Shown: positions 9,488 through 19,754 of the stretch, one piece after another | Layout: every line of letters begins with the position of its first letter | How positions within the stretch are numbered: the first letter of the stretch is position 1 | NCBI GenBank assembly: GCA_043825875.1 | Contig: JBDRRF010000106.1 | Span: forward strand, 1-30,897 | Reading direction: 5' to 3' | Source: Pseudomonadota bacterium | GTDB taxonomy: Bacteria; Desulfobacterota; Desulfobacteria; Desulfobacterales; RPRI01 | Length of the DNA: 30,897 nt | The notes under the pieces: model-generated | What the model saw: only the letters and a program-made list of their open reading frames with translations | Databases searched by the model: none | What the model was told of the DNA's origin: nothing | Program-made: the position numbers and the translations under genes

Positions 9488-11152
9488 ATGAAACATATAC
9501 TTTCTGATCTTATACTTTCTGCTGCAAAAAAAGCTTTCGATAAAAATAAATTAAGTTCGAATAACTTCCCATCCGTTACTATCGAAGAACCGAAAATTTC
9601 TGCACATGGCGACTTTTCTTCAAATTTTGCAATGGTTATGGCTTCTATACAAAAAATGCCTCCAAGGAAAATCGCTGAAATTATTTCAGGCGAATTGGAA
9701 GACACAAAAAGTGTTATTGAAAAAATTGAAATCGCAGGGCCGGGTTTTATAAACTTCTTTATAAATCCTTGCGCGTGGCATTCTGTTTTGCAGAAAATCT
9801 ACGAAAATGATGAAAAATACGGTTCCTGTGACATAGGAAAAAACAAAAAAGTCCAGGTTGAGTTTGTAAGTGCAAATCCCACCGGGCCTCTTCATGTAGG
9901 GCACGGAAGAGGGGCTGCCGTTGGAGACAGTATAGCAAATATTCTTTTATTTTGCGGCTACGATGTCAAGCGGGAATATTATATCAATGATTCCGGGAGG
10001 CAAATTAACACTCTTGGACGTTCTGTCTATTTGAGATACAAAGAATTGCATAATGAAAAAGTTGATTTCCCCGATGATTGCTACCAAGGGGATTATATTC
10101 GGGATATAGCCCTGAAAATAAAACAGGAACAACCAACCAACCTGCTTGATGAACCCGAAGAAAAAGCAATACAGTTGTGTGCGCATTTTGCCGCAGATGA
10201 TATACTCGCCGGCATAAAAAACGACCTTGATCTTTTTGGTGTAAAATTTGACAACTGGTATAGTGAACAAAGTCTTTTTGATTCAGGAAAAGTTAATTCC
10301 ATAATAGAAGACTTTAAAAACAAAAAAATTATCTATGAAAAAGACGGGGCATTCTGGTTTAAAACATCGGAATACGGAGATGAAAAAGACCGTGTTACTA
10401 TACGAAACAATGGTCTTACCACATATTTTGCGTCAGATATTGCTTATCATATGGATAAATTTGACCGCGGATTTGAACGCTTAATAGATGTATGGGGTGC
10501 CGACCACCATGGGTATATTCAGCGTATTTGCGCTTCAATCGAAGCTTCGGGACGACAAAAAGAACAGTTCAATGTAATTTTGATCCAGCTTGTAAATCTT
10601 TTGCGAAATGGCGAACCCGTTGCTATGTCAACAAGATCTGGCGAGTTTGTTACACTGGAAGACGTAATCAAAGAGGTAGGATCTGATGCAGCCAGATTTA
10701 TATTTTTAACCCGCCATTTTGAGAGTCATCTCGACTTTGATTTGGAACTTGCAAAGAAAAAGTCAAATGAGAATCCGGTATATTATGTTCAATATGTGCA
10801 TGCAAGAATTTCAAGCATATTAAGAAAGGCGGATGAGCTTGGAATAAATGAACTTAAATGGGATGAGAAGCATGTAATTATTTTAAAGGAATCGGAAGAA
10901 ATCCAGATTTTAAAAACATTATCCGCCTATCCTGAGGTTGTGAGATCAAGCGCAGAGCTTCTTGAGCCGCACCGCATAACATATTATCTTATGAATCTTG
11001 CTGCCTCCTTTCATAGCTATTATAATAAACACAGAGTTCTTTCTGATGATCCGGTTATAGCAAGAAACAGGTTATTTCTTGTGTTTGCAATAAAAAAAGT
11101 AATAAGAAACGGTCTTAGTCTGCTTGGGGTAAGCGCTCCCGAAATAATGTAA
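9488..11152 (+). CDS. argS: Arginine--tRNA ligase
   Basis: [20 protein letters not shown] (HIGH motif), [18 protein letters not shown] and YYVQYVHAR. Confidence 0.98.
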   Translation: MKHILSDLILSAAKKAFDKNKLSSNNFPSVTIEEPKISAHGDFSSNFAMVMASIQKMPPRKIAEIISGELEDTKSVIEKIEIAGPGFINFFINPCAWHSVLQKIYENDEKYGSCDIGKNKKVQVEFVSANPTGPLHVGHGRGAAVGDSIANILLFCGYDVKREYYINDSGRQINTLGRSVYLRYKELHNEKVDFPDDCYQGDYIRDIALKIKQEQPTNLLDEPEEKAIQLCAHFAADDILAGIKNDLDLFGVKFDNWYSEQSLFDSGKVNSIIEDFKNKKIIYEKDGAFWFKTSEYGDEKDRVTIRNNGLTTYFASDIAYHMDKFDRGFERLIDVWGADHHGYIQRICASIEASGRQKEQFNVILIQLVNLLRNGEPVAMSTRSGEFVTLEDVIKEVGSDAARFIFLTRHFESHLDFDLELAKKKSNENPVYYVQYVHARISSILRKADELGINELKWDEKHVIILKESEEIQILKTLSAYPEVVRSSAELLEPHRITYYLMNLAASFHSYYNKHRVLSDDPVIARNRLFLVFAIKKVIRNGLSLLGVSAPEIM

Positions 11153-11220
11153 ACATACTTGGTATATAAGCAAAAAGACATTTAAAAAGTTGGTTTTTAC
11201 TTTTATGGAGGGATCAATTT

Positions 11221-11931
11221 ATGGAAGAAAAAACAAAAAAGCTTGCCGATGAAAAAAGCCCTTATCTTATATTGACTCGCAAAAAAACAATAAAGTGGTT
11301 TATTATAATTCTTATTATTTCCGGATGGATGTTTATACTGGGCATTATGGTTGGAAGAGGAACTGCGCCTATACAATTTGATGTAAAGAATCTGAAAAAA
11401 GATATCATAGTAGAGGTTAAAAACACCATTGCCAAGGAAAAAGAAGAAGTAATGACAAAGATCAATGTTTTAATGGACAGACTTACTTCATCCGGCAAAC
11501 AGGATCTGGACTTTTATGAGGACTTGAGCAGCACAAAGGAATTGCCGGAAAGCATTAAAATAAAAGCTGTTCCTAAACGGGATGTAATTCCTTCCTCAGG
11601 CCGGGTACGTATAGATTCTTCTCCAAAAGAGCCGGAACCTGCAAAAACCGAAAAAAAAGTCATTACTAAAGAGCCTGCTGTGCCTTTGAAGGCTGCCGGA
11701 CAGGTTTTTACAATACAGGTTGCTTCAGTCAAAGATCAAAATAATGCTGAAAAAATGGTTGGGGAACTTACCAAAAAAGGTTATTCGGCATACAGCTCTT
11801 CGGCAGAAATTAAAGGAAGAGGGATGTGGCACAGAGTAAGGATAGGTGAGTTTAGCGATAGAGCAAGGGCTGAAACTATCCTTAACAAACTGAAAAAAGA
11901 TAAACTTAATGGAATAATTGTACCAAAATGA
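11221..11931 (+). CDS. SPOR-domain membrane-anchored protein (FtsN-like)
   Basis: N-terminal TM helix, charged linker, C-terminal FTIQVAS...WHRVRIGEF SPOR domain; follows argS. Confidence 0.9.
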   Translation: MEEKTKKLADEKSPYLILTRKKTIKWFIIILIISGWMFILGIMVGRGTAPIQFDVKNLKKDIIVEVKNTIAKEKEEVMTKINVLMDRLTSSGKQDLDFYEDLSSTKELPESIKIKAVPKRDVIPSSGRVRIDSSPKEPEPAKTEKKVITKEPAVPLKAAGQVFTIQVASVKDQNNAEKMVGELTKKGYSAYSSSAEIKGRGMWHRVRIGEFSDRARAETILNKLKKDKLNGIIVPK

Positions 11932-11941
11932 GTCCAATATT

Positions 11942-12229
11942 ATGAAAATAACCAGAGAAGATATTATACATGTGGCTAATCTTGCCCGTCTTGATATGGA
12001 TGAAGAATCCATTCAAAAATTCGTTGTTCAGATTGATGATATATTAAAATATATTGAAACACTTAATTATATGAATACTGAGGGTGTGCCGCCTACTTCT
12101 CATGCGATTAATCTGACAAATGCTTTCAGAGATGACGAAATAAAGCAAAGCATTAAAAGGGATACGCTTTTAGAAAATGCTCCTGAAAAAGAAAACGGAA
12201 ATTTTTTAGTTCCGAAAGTAGTGGGATAG
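11942..12229 (+). CDS. gatC: Asp/Glu-tRNA amidotransferase subunit C
   Basis: [17 protein letters not shown]...NAP...FLVPKVV; directly upstream of gatA; start moved to ATG 11942. Confidence 0.96.
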   Translation: MKITREDIIHVANLARLDMDEESIQKFVVQIDDILKYIETLNYMNTEGVPPTSHAINLTNAFRDDEIKQSIKRDTLLENAPEKENGNFLVPKVVG

Positions 12230-12234
12230 CCAAA

Positions 12235-13698
12235 ATGAAACTGCACGAATTAACCATAAAAAAAGCGCATGAACTGTTAAAGAGCAAAGAGATATCTTCT
12301 ATGGAGCTCACAAGAGCGGTTCTTGACCGGATTGCTGAAGTTGATGAAAAAGTCGGAGCTTATATTACCATAGCCTCGGATTCTGCAATTAAAGAAGCAA
12401 AGCTTGCAGATGAAGCTATATCAAAAGGCAATATAGCAAAACTTACCGGCATCCCTATAGCTGTAAAAGACCTTATCTGCACAAAAGGAATACGCACAAC
12501 ATGTGCTTCCAAAATTCTGGATAATTTTATTCCTCCTTATGATGCCACGGTTATATCCATGCTTAAAAACGCCGGAGCAGTTATAGTAGGAAAATCTAAT
12601 ATGGATGAGTTCGCCATGGGTTCATCGAATGAAAACTCCGGCATCAAACTTACCCGAAATCCATGGGACTTGAGCAGAATTCCCGGAGGTTCCAGCGGGG
12701 GATCAGCCGCTGCTGTTGCTGCTGATATGTGCATAGGCTCTCTTGGCTCGGATACTGGCGGATCTATTCGTCAGCCTGCCTCACACTGCGGTGTTGTGGG
12801 AATGAAGCCGACATATGGAAGGGTTTCACGCTTCGGCCTGATTGCTTTTGCGTCTTCCCTTGATCAAATTGGCCCTGTTACAAAAGATGTTACCGATTGC
12901 GCCATTCTTGCCGGAGTAATTTCAGGTTATGACCCTTCGGATTCAACATCCGTTCCAAAAGTTGTTCCGGATTACCCTTCATTTTTAAACGAAGGCTTAA
13001 ACGGTATAAAAATAGGAATACCAAAAGAATATGACACAGTAAAAGGTCTTGATCCGGAAGTATCAGAAGCAATAACAAACGCAAGAAAGGTACTTGAAAA
13101 CCTTGGCGCTCAATGTGTTGATGTTTCGCTTCCCAATACCGATTATGCAGTACCGGCTTATTATGTTATTGCCCCTTCAGAGGCAAGCTCCAATCTTGCC
13201 CGTTTTGATGGCGTAAAATATGGGTTCAGAGATCAAGATGCAAAAAATCTCATTGAGATGTATAAAAATACACGATCAACAGGTTTCGGGCCGGAGGTAA
13301 AGCGTCGTATAATTATCGGAACATATTGTCTTTCGGCCGGATACTATGACGCTTATTATAAAAAAGCATCCCAGGTACGTACTCTGATCACCGAAGATTT
13401 TAATAAGGCATTTGAGATTTGCGACGTAATTCTTTCTCCTGTAGCACCAACTCCTGCATTTAAGATAGGAGAAAAATCGGAAGACCCGCTTACAATGTAT
13501 CTTTCTGATATTTTTACGCTTTCTGCAAACCTTTCCGGAATACCCGGCATATCCGTTCCTTGTGGATTTTCGTCAGGCGGCCTGCCTATAGGGTTGCAGA
13601 TATTGGGGAAGCATTTTAACGAAGAAGTACTTTTAAAAACTGCCTATAATTTCGAACAGGCAACTGACTTTCATAAGCGAAAACCAAAGATTGAATAG
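12235..13698 (+). CDS. gatA: Asp/Glu-tRNA amidotransferase subunit A
   Basis: Amidase signature [14 protein letters not shown]...[31 protein letters not shown]. Confidence 0.98.
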   Translation: MKLHELTIKKAHELLKSKEISSMELTRAVLDRIAEVDEKVGAYITIASDSAIKEAKLADEAISKGNIAKLTGIPIAVKDLICTKGIRTTCASKILDNFIPPYDATVISMLKNAGAVIVGKSNMDEFAMGSSNENSGIKLTRNPWDLSRIPGGSSGGSAAAVAADMCIGSLGSDTGGSIRQPASHCGVVGMKPTYGRVSRFGLIAFASSLDQIGPVTKDVTDCAILAGVISGYDPSDSTSVPKVVPDYPSFLNEGLNGIKIGIPKEYDTVKGLDPEVSEAITNARKVLENLGAQCVDVSLPNTDYAVPAYYVIAPSEASSNLARFDGVKYGFRDQDAKNLIEMYKNTRSTGFGPEVKRRIIIGTYCLSAGYYDAYYKKASQVRTLITEDFNKAFEICDVILSPVAPTPAFKIGEKSEDPLTMYLSDIFTLSANLSGIPGISVPCGFSSGGLPIGLQILGKHFNEEVLLKTAYNFEQATDFHKRKPKIE

Positions 13699-13721
13699 TA
13701 AAGGCTAAAAGGAAATAAATT

Positions 13722-13895
13722 ATGAGCATACAGCCGGATGGCGAGAATTTAAGAAAAGCAGTAAAGTGGATTTCGGAAACTTTAAAATACGAGCCGGGAA
13801 AAAGTCGTGCAAAACTTGTTGAAGAAGCATGCCTGAAGTTTGATCTTACTCCCATCGATACGGAATATCTTTCTAATTTTTTACAGAATAAATAG
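13722..13895 (+). CDS. Small hypothetical protein (57 aa)
   Basis: Not in the ORF track. MSIQPDGENLRKAVKWISETLKYEPGKSRAKLVEEACLKFDLTPIDTEYLSNFLQNK*, AAGGA SD, co-directional between gatA and mutL. Confidence 0.75.
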   Translation: MSIQPDGENLRKAVKWISETLKYEPGKSRAKLVEEACLKFDLTPIDTEYLSNFLQNK

Positions 13896-13963
13896 GGATT
13901 ACCCCCAAATGAGAAGAAAATAAACCCTGGAACCCTCGAATCCTGGTACCCTTTATAATCTAT

Positions 13964-15769
13964 ATGCCAATAAGAATACTTCCTGAAAATATTTCAAACA
14001 AAATCGCCGCAGGTGAAATAGTTGAACGTCCGGCTTCAGTCGTAAAAGAACTTGTTGAAAATGCTCTTGATGCCAAAAGTTCGCGTATTCTTGTTGAAAT
14101 TGAAAAAGGAGGGAAATCTCTCATAAGGGTTTCGGATAACGGCACGGGTATGGTAAAAGATGATGCCCTGCTATCAATTGAAAGATATGCTACCAGCAAA
14201 ATAGAAAATGATGAGGATCTTTTTTCAATAAATACTTTTGGATTCAGGGGCGAAGCACTTCCAAGCATTGCTTCTATTTCACGTTTTTCACTTGTAACTC
14301 AAAACGAAAAATCCGATACCGGAATCGAGATAAAAATAGAAGGCGGCAAACTAATATCTGTAAAGGATAAAGGCTCTCCCGAAGGTACAATGATTTCGGT
14401 TAAGGATATTTTTTTTAATACCCCGGTACGACGAAAATTTTTAAAATCAATAGAAACTGAAATGGGGCATATCACAGATGTAATTTCTACTATGGCCCTT
14501 GCCCATCCGGATATTCACTTTAAACTTCTTCATAATGGAAAAACTCTTTATAATCTGCTTTCATCAACTGATTCTACAGTAAGAATAGAAGAGATACTGG
14601 GGAAAGAAACAAAAAGCAATTTATACAGACTTGGTTTTTCTAATGGGGATATATCTGTTAAAGGCTGGATATCTTCTCCCATGGTAAAAAAACGTACGAC
14701 CCGCGGGATATACATATATGTTAACGGCCGTCTTGTGCGTGACAGGGTGGTTCAGCATGCCCTCATTGAAGGATATGCATCAAGACTGATCAAAGGAGAG
14801 TTTCCTGTTGCGGTTATCTTCTTAAGCGTTGCCTATAACGAAGTAGATGTTAATGTTCATCCTGCAAAAAATGAAGTCCGCTTTTCAGACCAAAATAAAA
14901 TTCATGAAGCAGTGAAAAACGCAGTAAAAGAAACTCTGGATCTGTTGGACCCTTTTAAAAAACGCAACACAGATTTTATACTAAAAGATCAAAAAGCTGA
15001 ACCGGCAAGCGTTTTTGAACCCAAGAATTTTTATCAGCCTGCCGCAAAAGATGTTTATGTTCAAAGCAAAGCTGCCCCTGATTTGAAAGTTCCTGATTTG
15101 AAAGTAAAAGATATTACGCCTCATGTAGAAAACAGCAAACAGAAGCTTAGCTCCGATTTTCAGGAAAAGCTTTGGGAAAAGAAGCAATTTAAAGATTTAA
15201 GAGTATTAGGGCAGCTTCACGAAACATATATAATCTGTGAATCGGCTGAAGGATTATTTCTTATAGACCAGCATGCCGCTCATGAACGCATCCTTTATGA
15301 ACAGATTCAAAAAAGTGCAGATTCATTCAGATATTCCGTACAGATTCTTCTTGTTCCTGAAGTTATAGAATTTGGGTATAGAGAAACAACAGTTTTTGAA
15401 AAATTGTTGCCGGATTTCCAAAAGGCCGGATTCGAGGTGGAACCATTCGGAGGCAATGCTTTTGCCGTAAAGTCCGTACCGGCTTTTATTGCAGATAAAG
15501 ATGCTAAGATCATTATTATAGAAACAGTAGAAAAATTAATTGAAACAGGTTTTGCCCCCGGAGTTGAAAAGACATCAGATGAGCTTATAAAACTTATAGC
15601 GTGCCACGGTGCAATAAGAGCCAGCCAAAATCTTTCCGATAAGGAAACAAGAGCTTTATTAGATCAGTTAGATGATTGCAAAATGCCGTCTTACTGCCCG
15701 CATGGCCGCCCCACATGGATAAAATTCTCAATTAAGGAACTTGAGAAATTTTTTAAAAGAACAGTATAA
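13964..15769 (+). CDS. mutL: DNA mismatch repair endonuclease MutL
   Basis: IAAGEIVERPASVVKELVENALDA, GFRGEAL, DQHAAHERILYE and CPHGRP motifs. Confidence 0.98.
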   Translation: MPIRILPENISNKIAAGEIVERPASVVKELVENALDAKSSRILVEIEKGGKSLIRVSDNGTGMVKDDALLSIERYATSKIENDEDLFSINTFGFRGEALPSIASISRFSLVTQNEKSDTGIEIKIEGGKLISVKDKGSPEGTMISVKDIFFNTPVRRKFLKSIETEMGHITDVISTMALAHPDIHFKLLHNGKTLYNLLSSTDSTVRIEEILGKETKSNLYRLGFSNGDISVKGWISSPMVKKRTTRGIYIYVNGRLVRDRVVQHALIEGYASRLIKGEFPVAVIFLSVAYNEVDVNVHPAKNEVRFSDQNKIHEAVKNAVKETLDLLDPFKKRNTDFILKDQKAEPASVFEPKNFYQPAAKDVYVQSKAAPDLKVPDLKVKDITPHVENSKQKLSSDFQEKLWEKKQFKDLRVLGQLHETYIICESAEGLFLIDQHAAHERILYEQIQKSADSFRYSVQILLVPEVIEFGYRETTVFEKLLPDFQKAGFEVEPFGGNAFAVKSVPAFIADKDAKIIIIETVEKLIETGFAPGVEKTSDELIKLIACHGAIRASQNLSDKETRALLDQLDDCKMPSYCPHGRPTWIKFSIKELEKFFKRTV

Positions 15770-15783
15770 AAAATAAAAATAAC

Positions 15784-17424
15784 TCATATTCCATTCATCT
15801 TCCAGATTACTACATAACTCTTGTCAGATCCGAATATTGAATAGCCGTTTTGCGTTACAAGTAAAAAAATAACTTCATCACTTCCGTCATTATCAATATC
15901 GTCAAAAGTATAATCGCTAATATATCCGGAGAATGTTCTTGTTTTCCATTTTGGAGCAAGTCCTACATTGTCCCATAAAAGGCATTCAAAAAAACCGCTT
16001 TTAAAAACTCTGACTCTTGAAAATACGCCTCCGGTCGTATCAATATTTTTTACAAGTAAAACTTCTTTCTTACCGTCTTTATCAATGTCATCAACAAAAA
16101 TACGCTGGGGAAGATAAAGTCTGTTTTGAGGCATTGGGTCAGGATCATGTCTTATTTTTTGTGATTCTTCTATTTCTTTGGATGACTCAAGATATTTACT
16201 GCTTTCTCCATAAGTATCACTGCTTATCCATTCTTCATTACCATTTACATCAAAAAGCCGCAGATAATTACTGTTATCAAAACCTAATATCATTTCCTGC
16301 CCGCTGTTTAATAAATCCGATTTGGTAAAAGCGTAAACATTAATTCCTTTGGGTAAAAACTCCTTTTTTGCCGGGAGATACTTTCCGTTAACCCATTTCA
16401 GTGCATATATATCACCTGAAAATATATCTCTAAAACCACTTTTTTGACCAAAAAGAACTTTTCCGCCACGTGCAGGAAGGTCAATGATTCGATAATACCA
16501 CTCTGTTTTATAAGCGATCTTTATAAAGCTTTTTCCGTTCCATTCTAAAACAAAAGACAATACTCTTCCACTGTCATCAACGCCGGTTATAAATATTTCA
16601 TCTGTTTTATTGCCGTTTATATCCGCAATATCCACACTTTTGTAAAACAAGTTTGATTCGCCGTTTATTTCCTTTACTTTTTCGAAGTTTTTACCGTTTT
16701 TACGATAAATATAAATATTATGGTCATCAGCAAGAACGGTTTCTATTTTACTGTCATTATCTATATCTCCGAGTGAAATACATTTAAGCTTGGTTTTAAA
16801 TTGTTTGGACTTCCATAAAACCGCTTCATGCTCAACAGGGCTTGATCCGGCATCATCGGAAAATATTTTTACCTTGTTTTTTTTCTTGCTTAGAGTCGTT
16901 TCATTGTCTTCTGTCAGAAATTTTTCAGATTTTATGTTTCTATCTTTTACAGAAATACTTTCCCTTATTTTTAATGCAAGCTCATCAATATGATGTATCA
17001 CATCTCCTTGCATATTCCCTGTTTTGCTGAATACTACAATCGGGGTTTCGGAATGAATATCATAAAATTTTGCATCCGTACTTATGATTTCTCCTAATAC
17101 AGTCAGGCTTCCGAAAAGAACATAATCCGCCTCTGTTTTTTTTGCTATGGCAAAAGCAGTATTTTTGTCAATGGCGGGAGAAATATTATTAAATTCCGGA
17201 GCAACATTTTCTTTTTCAGAAATAATCATCGTATCTTTAAAGGCAAGCCTTGTGGAAAGCATTTCCTCAATACCTTTTTGCAGGTACGATAAATCTTTTT
17301 CAGAATGCATATTAAACGGAAGTATTAGAATTTTTGGTTTTTTGTCGGAAGAAAAAGCAGTATCTGATTCTTGAAGGATCAAAATAAAAGCAAGGGCCAA
17401 AAGAACAGTCCTGAATAATTTCAA
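15784..17424 (-). CDS. Secreted FG-GAP/VCBS repeat protein with an N-terminal TolB-N/CsgG-like domain
   Basis: Signal peptide; ILILPF...ADYVLFGSLT domain; repeated DIDNDSKIE, DINGNKTDE, DIDKDGKKE and DIDNDGSDE motifs; TTG start. Confidence 0.82.
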   Translation of the reverse strand: MKLFRTVLLALAFILILQESDTAFSSDKKPKILILPFNMHSEKDLSYLQKGIEEMLSTRLAFKDTMIISEKENVAPEFNNISPAIDKNTAFAIAKKTEADYVLFGSLTVLGEIISTDAKFYDIHSETPIVVFSKTGNMQGDVIHHIDELALKIRESISVKDRNIKSEKFLTEDNETTLSKKKNKVKIFSDDAGSSPVEHEAVLWKSKQFKTKLKCISLGDIDNDSKIETVLADDHNIYIYRKNGKNFEKVKEINGESNLFYKSVDIADINGNKTDEIFITGVDDSGRVLSFVLEWNGKSFIKIAYKTEWYYRIIDLPARGGKVLFGQKSGFRDIFSGDIYALKWVNGKYLPAKKEFLPKGINVYAFTKSDLLNSGQEMILGFDNSNYLRLFDVNGNEEWISSDTYGESSKYLESSKEIEESQKIRHDPDPMPQNRLYLPQRIFVDDIDKDGKKEVLLVKNIDTTGGVFSRVRVFKSGFFECLLWDNVGLAPKWKTRTFSGYISDYTFDDIDNDGSDEVIFLLVTQNGYSIFGSDKSYVVIWKMNGI

Positions 17425-17468
17425 TTAAATACCCCCGTATAACTATTAGTTTATGCAGAAGGCTAAAC

Positions 17469-17515
17469 TTATTCGAATAGTAAGAAATGACTTGAACTAT
17501 TTACTATTCGAATAA
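17469..17515. promoter_or_regulatory. Perfect 15-bp inverted repeat (terminator or operator pair)
   Basis: TTATTCGAATAGTAA-N17-TTACTATTCGAATAA; each arm contains the palindrome TATTCGAATA. Confidence 0.55.
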
Positions 17516-17528
17516 TTTCAGCTTTTGT

Positions 17529-17996
17529 TTATCGCAGGAAGGACGCTAAAAGAATCCCCAAGATTAACCATATGGGAATTGAAAGCAGCAAAGCCCATGT
17601 GATACCTTTGGTGTTTTTTAAACGGTCGCTCAATACTTTTTTTTCAAATGCCCGATTTATTCTGTGTTGAACATCTTCAAACCGGAAAGGTTTTGTAATA
17701 TAGTCGTAGGCCCCTTCTTTTATAGCTTCTACAGCCGTATGAATGGTAGGATGCCCGGTAATCATTACAAAAACTATCTTATCATCAATGTCTAAAACTT
17801 TTTTTAGAAGTTCTAATCCATCCATATTCGGCATAACAAGATCTGATATTACCAAATCAAAATTGCTTTTCTGGAGATTGTATAAAGCATCATGTCCATC
17901 AATAGCAGTAACTACCTCAAAGTTCATAGTGGTTAAAAACTCAGCAAGAATACTACGTATTTCTTCTTCATCATCAACAATCAGAACTCTTCCCAT
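17529..17996 (-). CDS. Response-regulator receiver domain with a C-terminal transmembrane helix
   Basis: Start MGRVLIVDDE at 17996; DLVISDLVMPNMDG, ITG and KPF receiver residues; hydrophobic tail ITWALLLSIPIWLILGILLASFLR. Confidence 0.9.
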   Translation of the reverse strand: MGRVLIVDDEEEIRSILAEFLTTMNFEVVTAIDGHDALYNLQKSNFDLVISDLVMPNMDGLELLKKVLDIDDKIVFVMITGHPTIHTAVEAIKEGAYDYITKPFRFEDVQHRINRAFEKKVLSDRLKNTKGITWALLLSIPIWLILGILLASFLR

Positions 17997-18028
17997 AGTT
18001 TTTTCCTTTTTATATATTTTAAAAAGTA

Positions 18029-18170
18029 GCGCCACTTTCAAAACGTTTCAGTTTGGTCAAGCTCAAGGCGGGAGAAAATTTCAACCACAGGAATACATTA
18101 AGTATTTCGAGGATTGAAATTTGAGCCCAACACAGAGATCGGCCAAAATGGGACGTTTTGAAACTGGCTC
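18029..18170. mobile_element. MITE family A, copy 2 (142 bp)
   Basis: Same terminal repeats; 4-bp direct repeat AGTA at 18025-18028 and 18171-18174. Confidence 0.92.
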
Positions 18171-18340
18171 AGTAATATAGCGATTATTATAACTATATAG
18201 ATTAAAACCGGTTTATGGTCAATGGGAATTTTGTTTTAACATATTACAGTTACAGCAATTGCCATAAGACTCCAGCAAACACAAAATATAATTTTATTGC
18301 AACATAACTACCGGTTGAGGTATTGTTTTTTTAAACATAA

Positions 18341-18505
18341 AAGCCACTTTCAAAACGTTTCAGTTTGGTCAAGCTCAAGGCGGGAGGAAATTTCAACCGC
18401 AGGAATACATTAAGTATTTCGAGGATAGCGCTAAAGCTTCACTTCGTGCGAAATTTGAGCCCAACGCTTAAGATCGGCCAAAATGGGGCGTTTTGAAACT
18501 GGCTC
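18341..18505. mobile_element. MITE family A, copy 3 (165 bp, with internal insertion)
   Basis: Same terminal repeats; 4-bp direct repeat ATAA at 18337-18340 and 18506-18509; extra AGCGCTAAAGCTTCACTTCGTGC after GAGGAT. Confidence 0.92.
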
Positions 18506-18540
18506 ATAATAAAAGTTATGGGCATGATGGTATAGTCATT

Positions 18541-18936
18541 ATGGAAAATCGAAAATCAAATAAGATATTAACAACCTTATTCCTACTACTGATTTTTTGC
18601 ACAAGCAGCGTATATGCAGATGCCTGTTTCTGCGGGAATACCTGCTTTAATGGTTTTTACCCTGTATCGAAGAAAAAAACAAATATTCTGTTTCACATGC
18701 GATGCATGGGCAACCTGTGCAAGAGTTGTAATCTGGAAAATGGGCAAATGCTTAAAGCAGCCAACACAAAAACCCAGATGTTTAATATAAAAATCTTTGA
18801 TACTGAGTTCATCATGGTTGCTCATTTAGATTATACTTCAATTTATCATGCCATTGAGGACTTTGACTCATTTTATACCTGTAAAACTATCGTACCACCT
18901 CCCATTTATTTGCAAAACCTTTCCATTCTCTGTTGA
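18541..18936 (+). CDS. Cys-rich exported hypothetical protein
   Basis: Start moved to ATG 18541 because the track start lies inside the MITE; signal peptide ending VYA, CFCGNTC and CxxxxCKSC motifs, C-terminus PPPIYLQNLSILC. Confidence 0.65.
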   Translation: MENRKSNKILTTLFLLLIFCTSSVYADACFCGNTCFNGFYPVSKKKTNILFHMRCMGNLCKSCNLENGQMLKAANTKTQMFNIKIFDTEFIMVAHLDYTSIYHAIEDFDSFYTCKTIVPPPIYLQNLSILC

Positions 18937-19114
18937 TCTAAAACATATCTACTTAATTTTATACACAACTAGTTTGTATGCTGATTCTGCTTTTATTAAA
19001 ATCTTTATAATACCTGTGTTAACCATAGATGTTATCTGTTAAAAGGATATATTAGGATGCCGTTATGTTAATTAATTTATTTGAATAACACACATCTTAG
19101 AAAGGAGATAATTT

Positions 19115-19687
19115 ATGAACAGAATGCATAAATGGATTATTTTTTTATTGGCATTTTTACTTATGGCAAACGGGGTCTTTTCTACCGCCTTTGCTGATGA
19201 CGACGATCATAGAGGAAAGAGGCAACACCGAAAAAGGGAGCGAAATCATTCTGAGCATGCCGGAAAAGACAATCTGGTGGCAGTTAATAACCCAACATAC
19301 AAAGAAAGTTGCGGAGCCTGCCATTTCGCGTATCAGCCCGAATTATTACCATCCGGTTCATGGGATAAGATTTTATACAGCCCGGAAGATCATTTCGGTG
19401 AGGCGATTGATCTTGATCCTGACGCAAAAGATGCAATTGCAAAATATCTTAAAGCCAATGCAGCAGATCATTCCTCAGCAAAACTGTCTGCAAAGATAAT
19501 GAAATGTATAGGGGATCAAACATCGCAAAGGATCACAGACATTCCATATATTCAGAGAAAACACCATGAAATCAGTATGGATGTGTTTAAGCGAAAATCT
19601 ATCGGTTCATTATCCAACTGCATAGCCTGCCATACAACTGCCGAAAAAGGAATCTATGATGATGATAATGTAAATATTCCGAAATAA
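19115..19687 (+). CDS. Diheme cytochrome c (DHC family)
   Basis: AAAGGAG SD; signal peptide; YKESCGACHFAYQPELLPSGSW...HFG, RITDIPYIQRKH and SNCIACH, i.e. two CxxCH heme sites. Confidence 0.92.
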   Translation: MNRMHKWIIFLLAFLLMANGVFSTAFADDDDHRGKRQHRKRERNHSEHAGKDNLVAVNNPTYKESCGACHFAYQPELLPSGSWDKILYSPEDHFGEAIDLDPDAKDAIAKYLKANAADHSSAKLSAKIMKCIGDQTSQRITDIPYIQRKHHEISMDVFKRKSIGSLSNCIACHTTAEKGIYDDDNVNIPK

Positions 19688-19754
19688 ATCCTTTTGCTTG
19701 GCAAGATATAATGATGATAAAAAATTTGTTTACGCGCTTTTTTGTTGGAAAAAA

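Noticed and set aside
11942..13698. gatC and gatA without adjacent gatB
   Set aside because: Split gat operons are common; gatB is presumably elsewhere in the genome.
13923..13953. Degenerate 8-bp tandem repeat (ACCCTGGA-like, about 4 units) before mutL
   Set aside because: Too short and degenerate to support phase variation or another function.
17997..18117. Extended N-terminus of the receiver gene and the FQFGQAQGGRKFQPQEY peptide
   Set aside because: Reading frames run through MITE copy 2; not genuine coding sequence.
9285..18505. Repeats as a CRISPR array or tRNA genes
   Set aside because: Copies are dispersed, 142-165 bp long, with terminal repeats and target duplications; no repeat-spacer periodicity, cas genes or cloverleaf.
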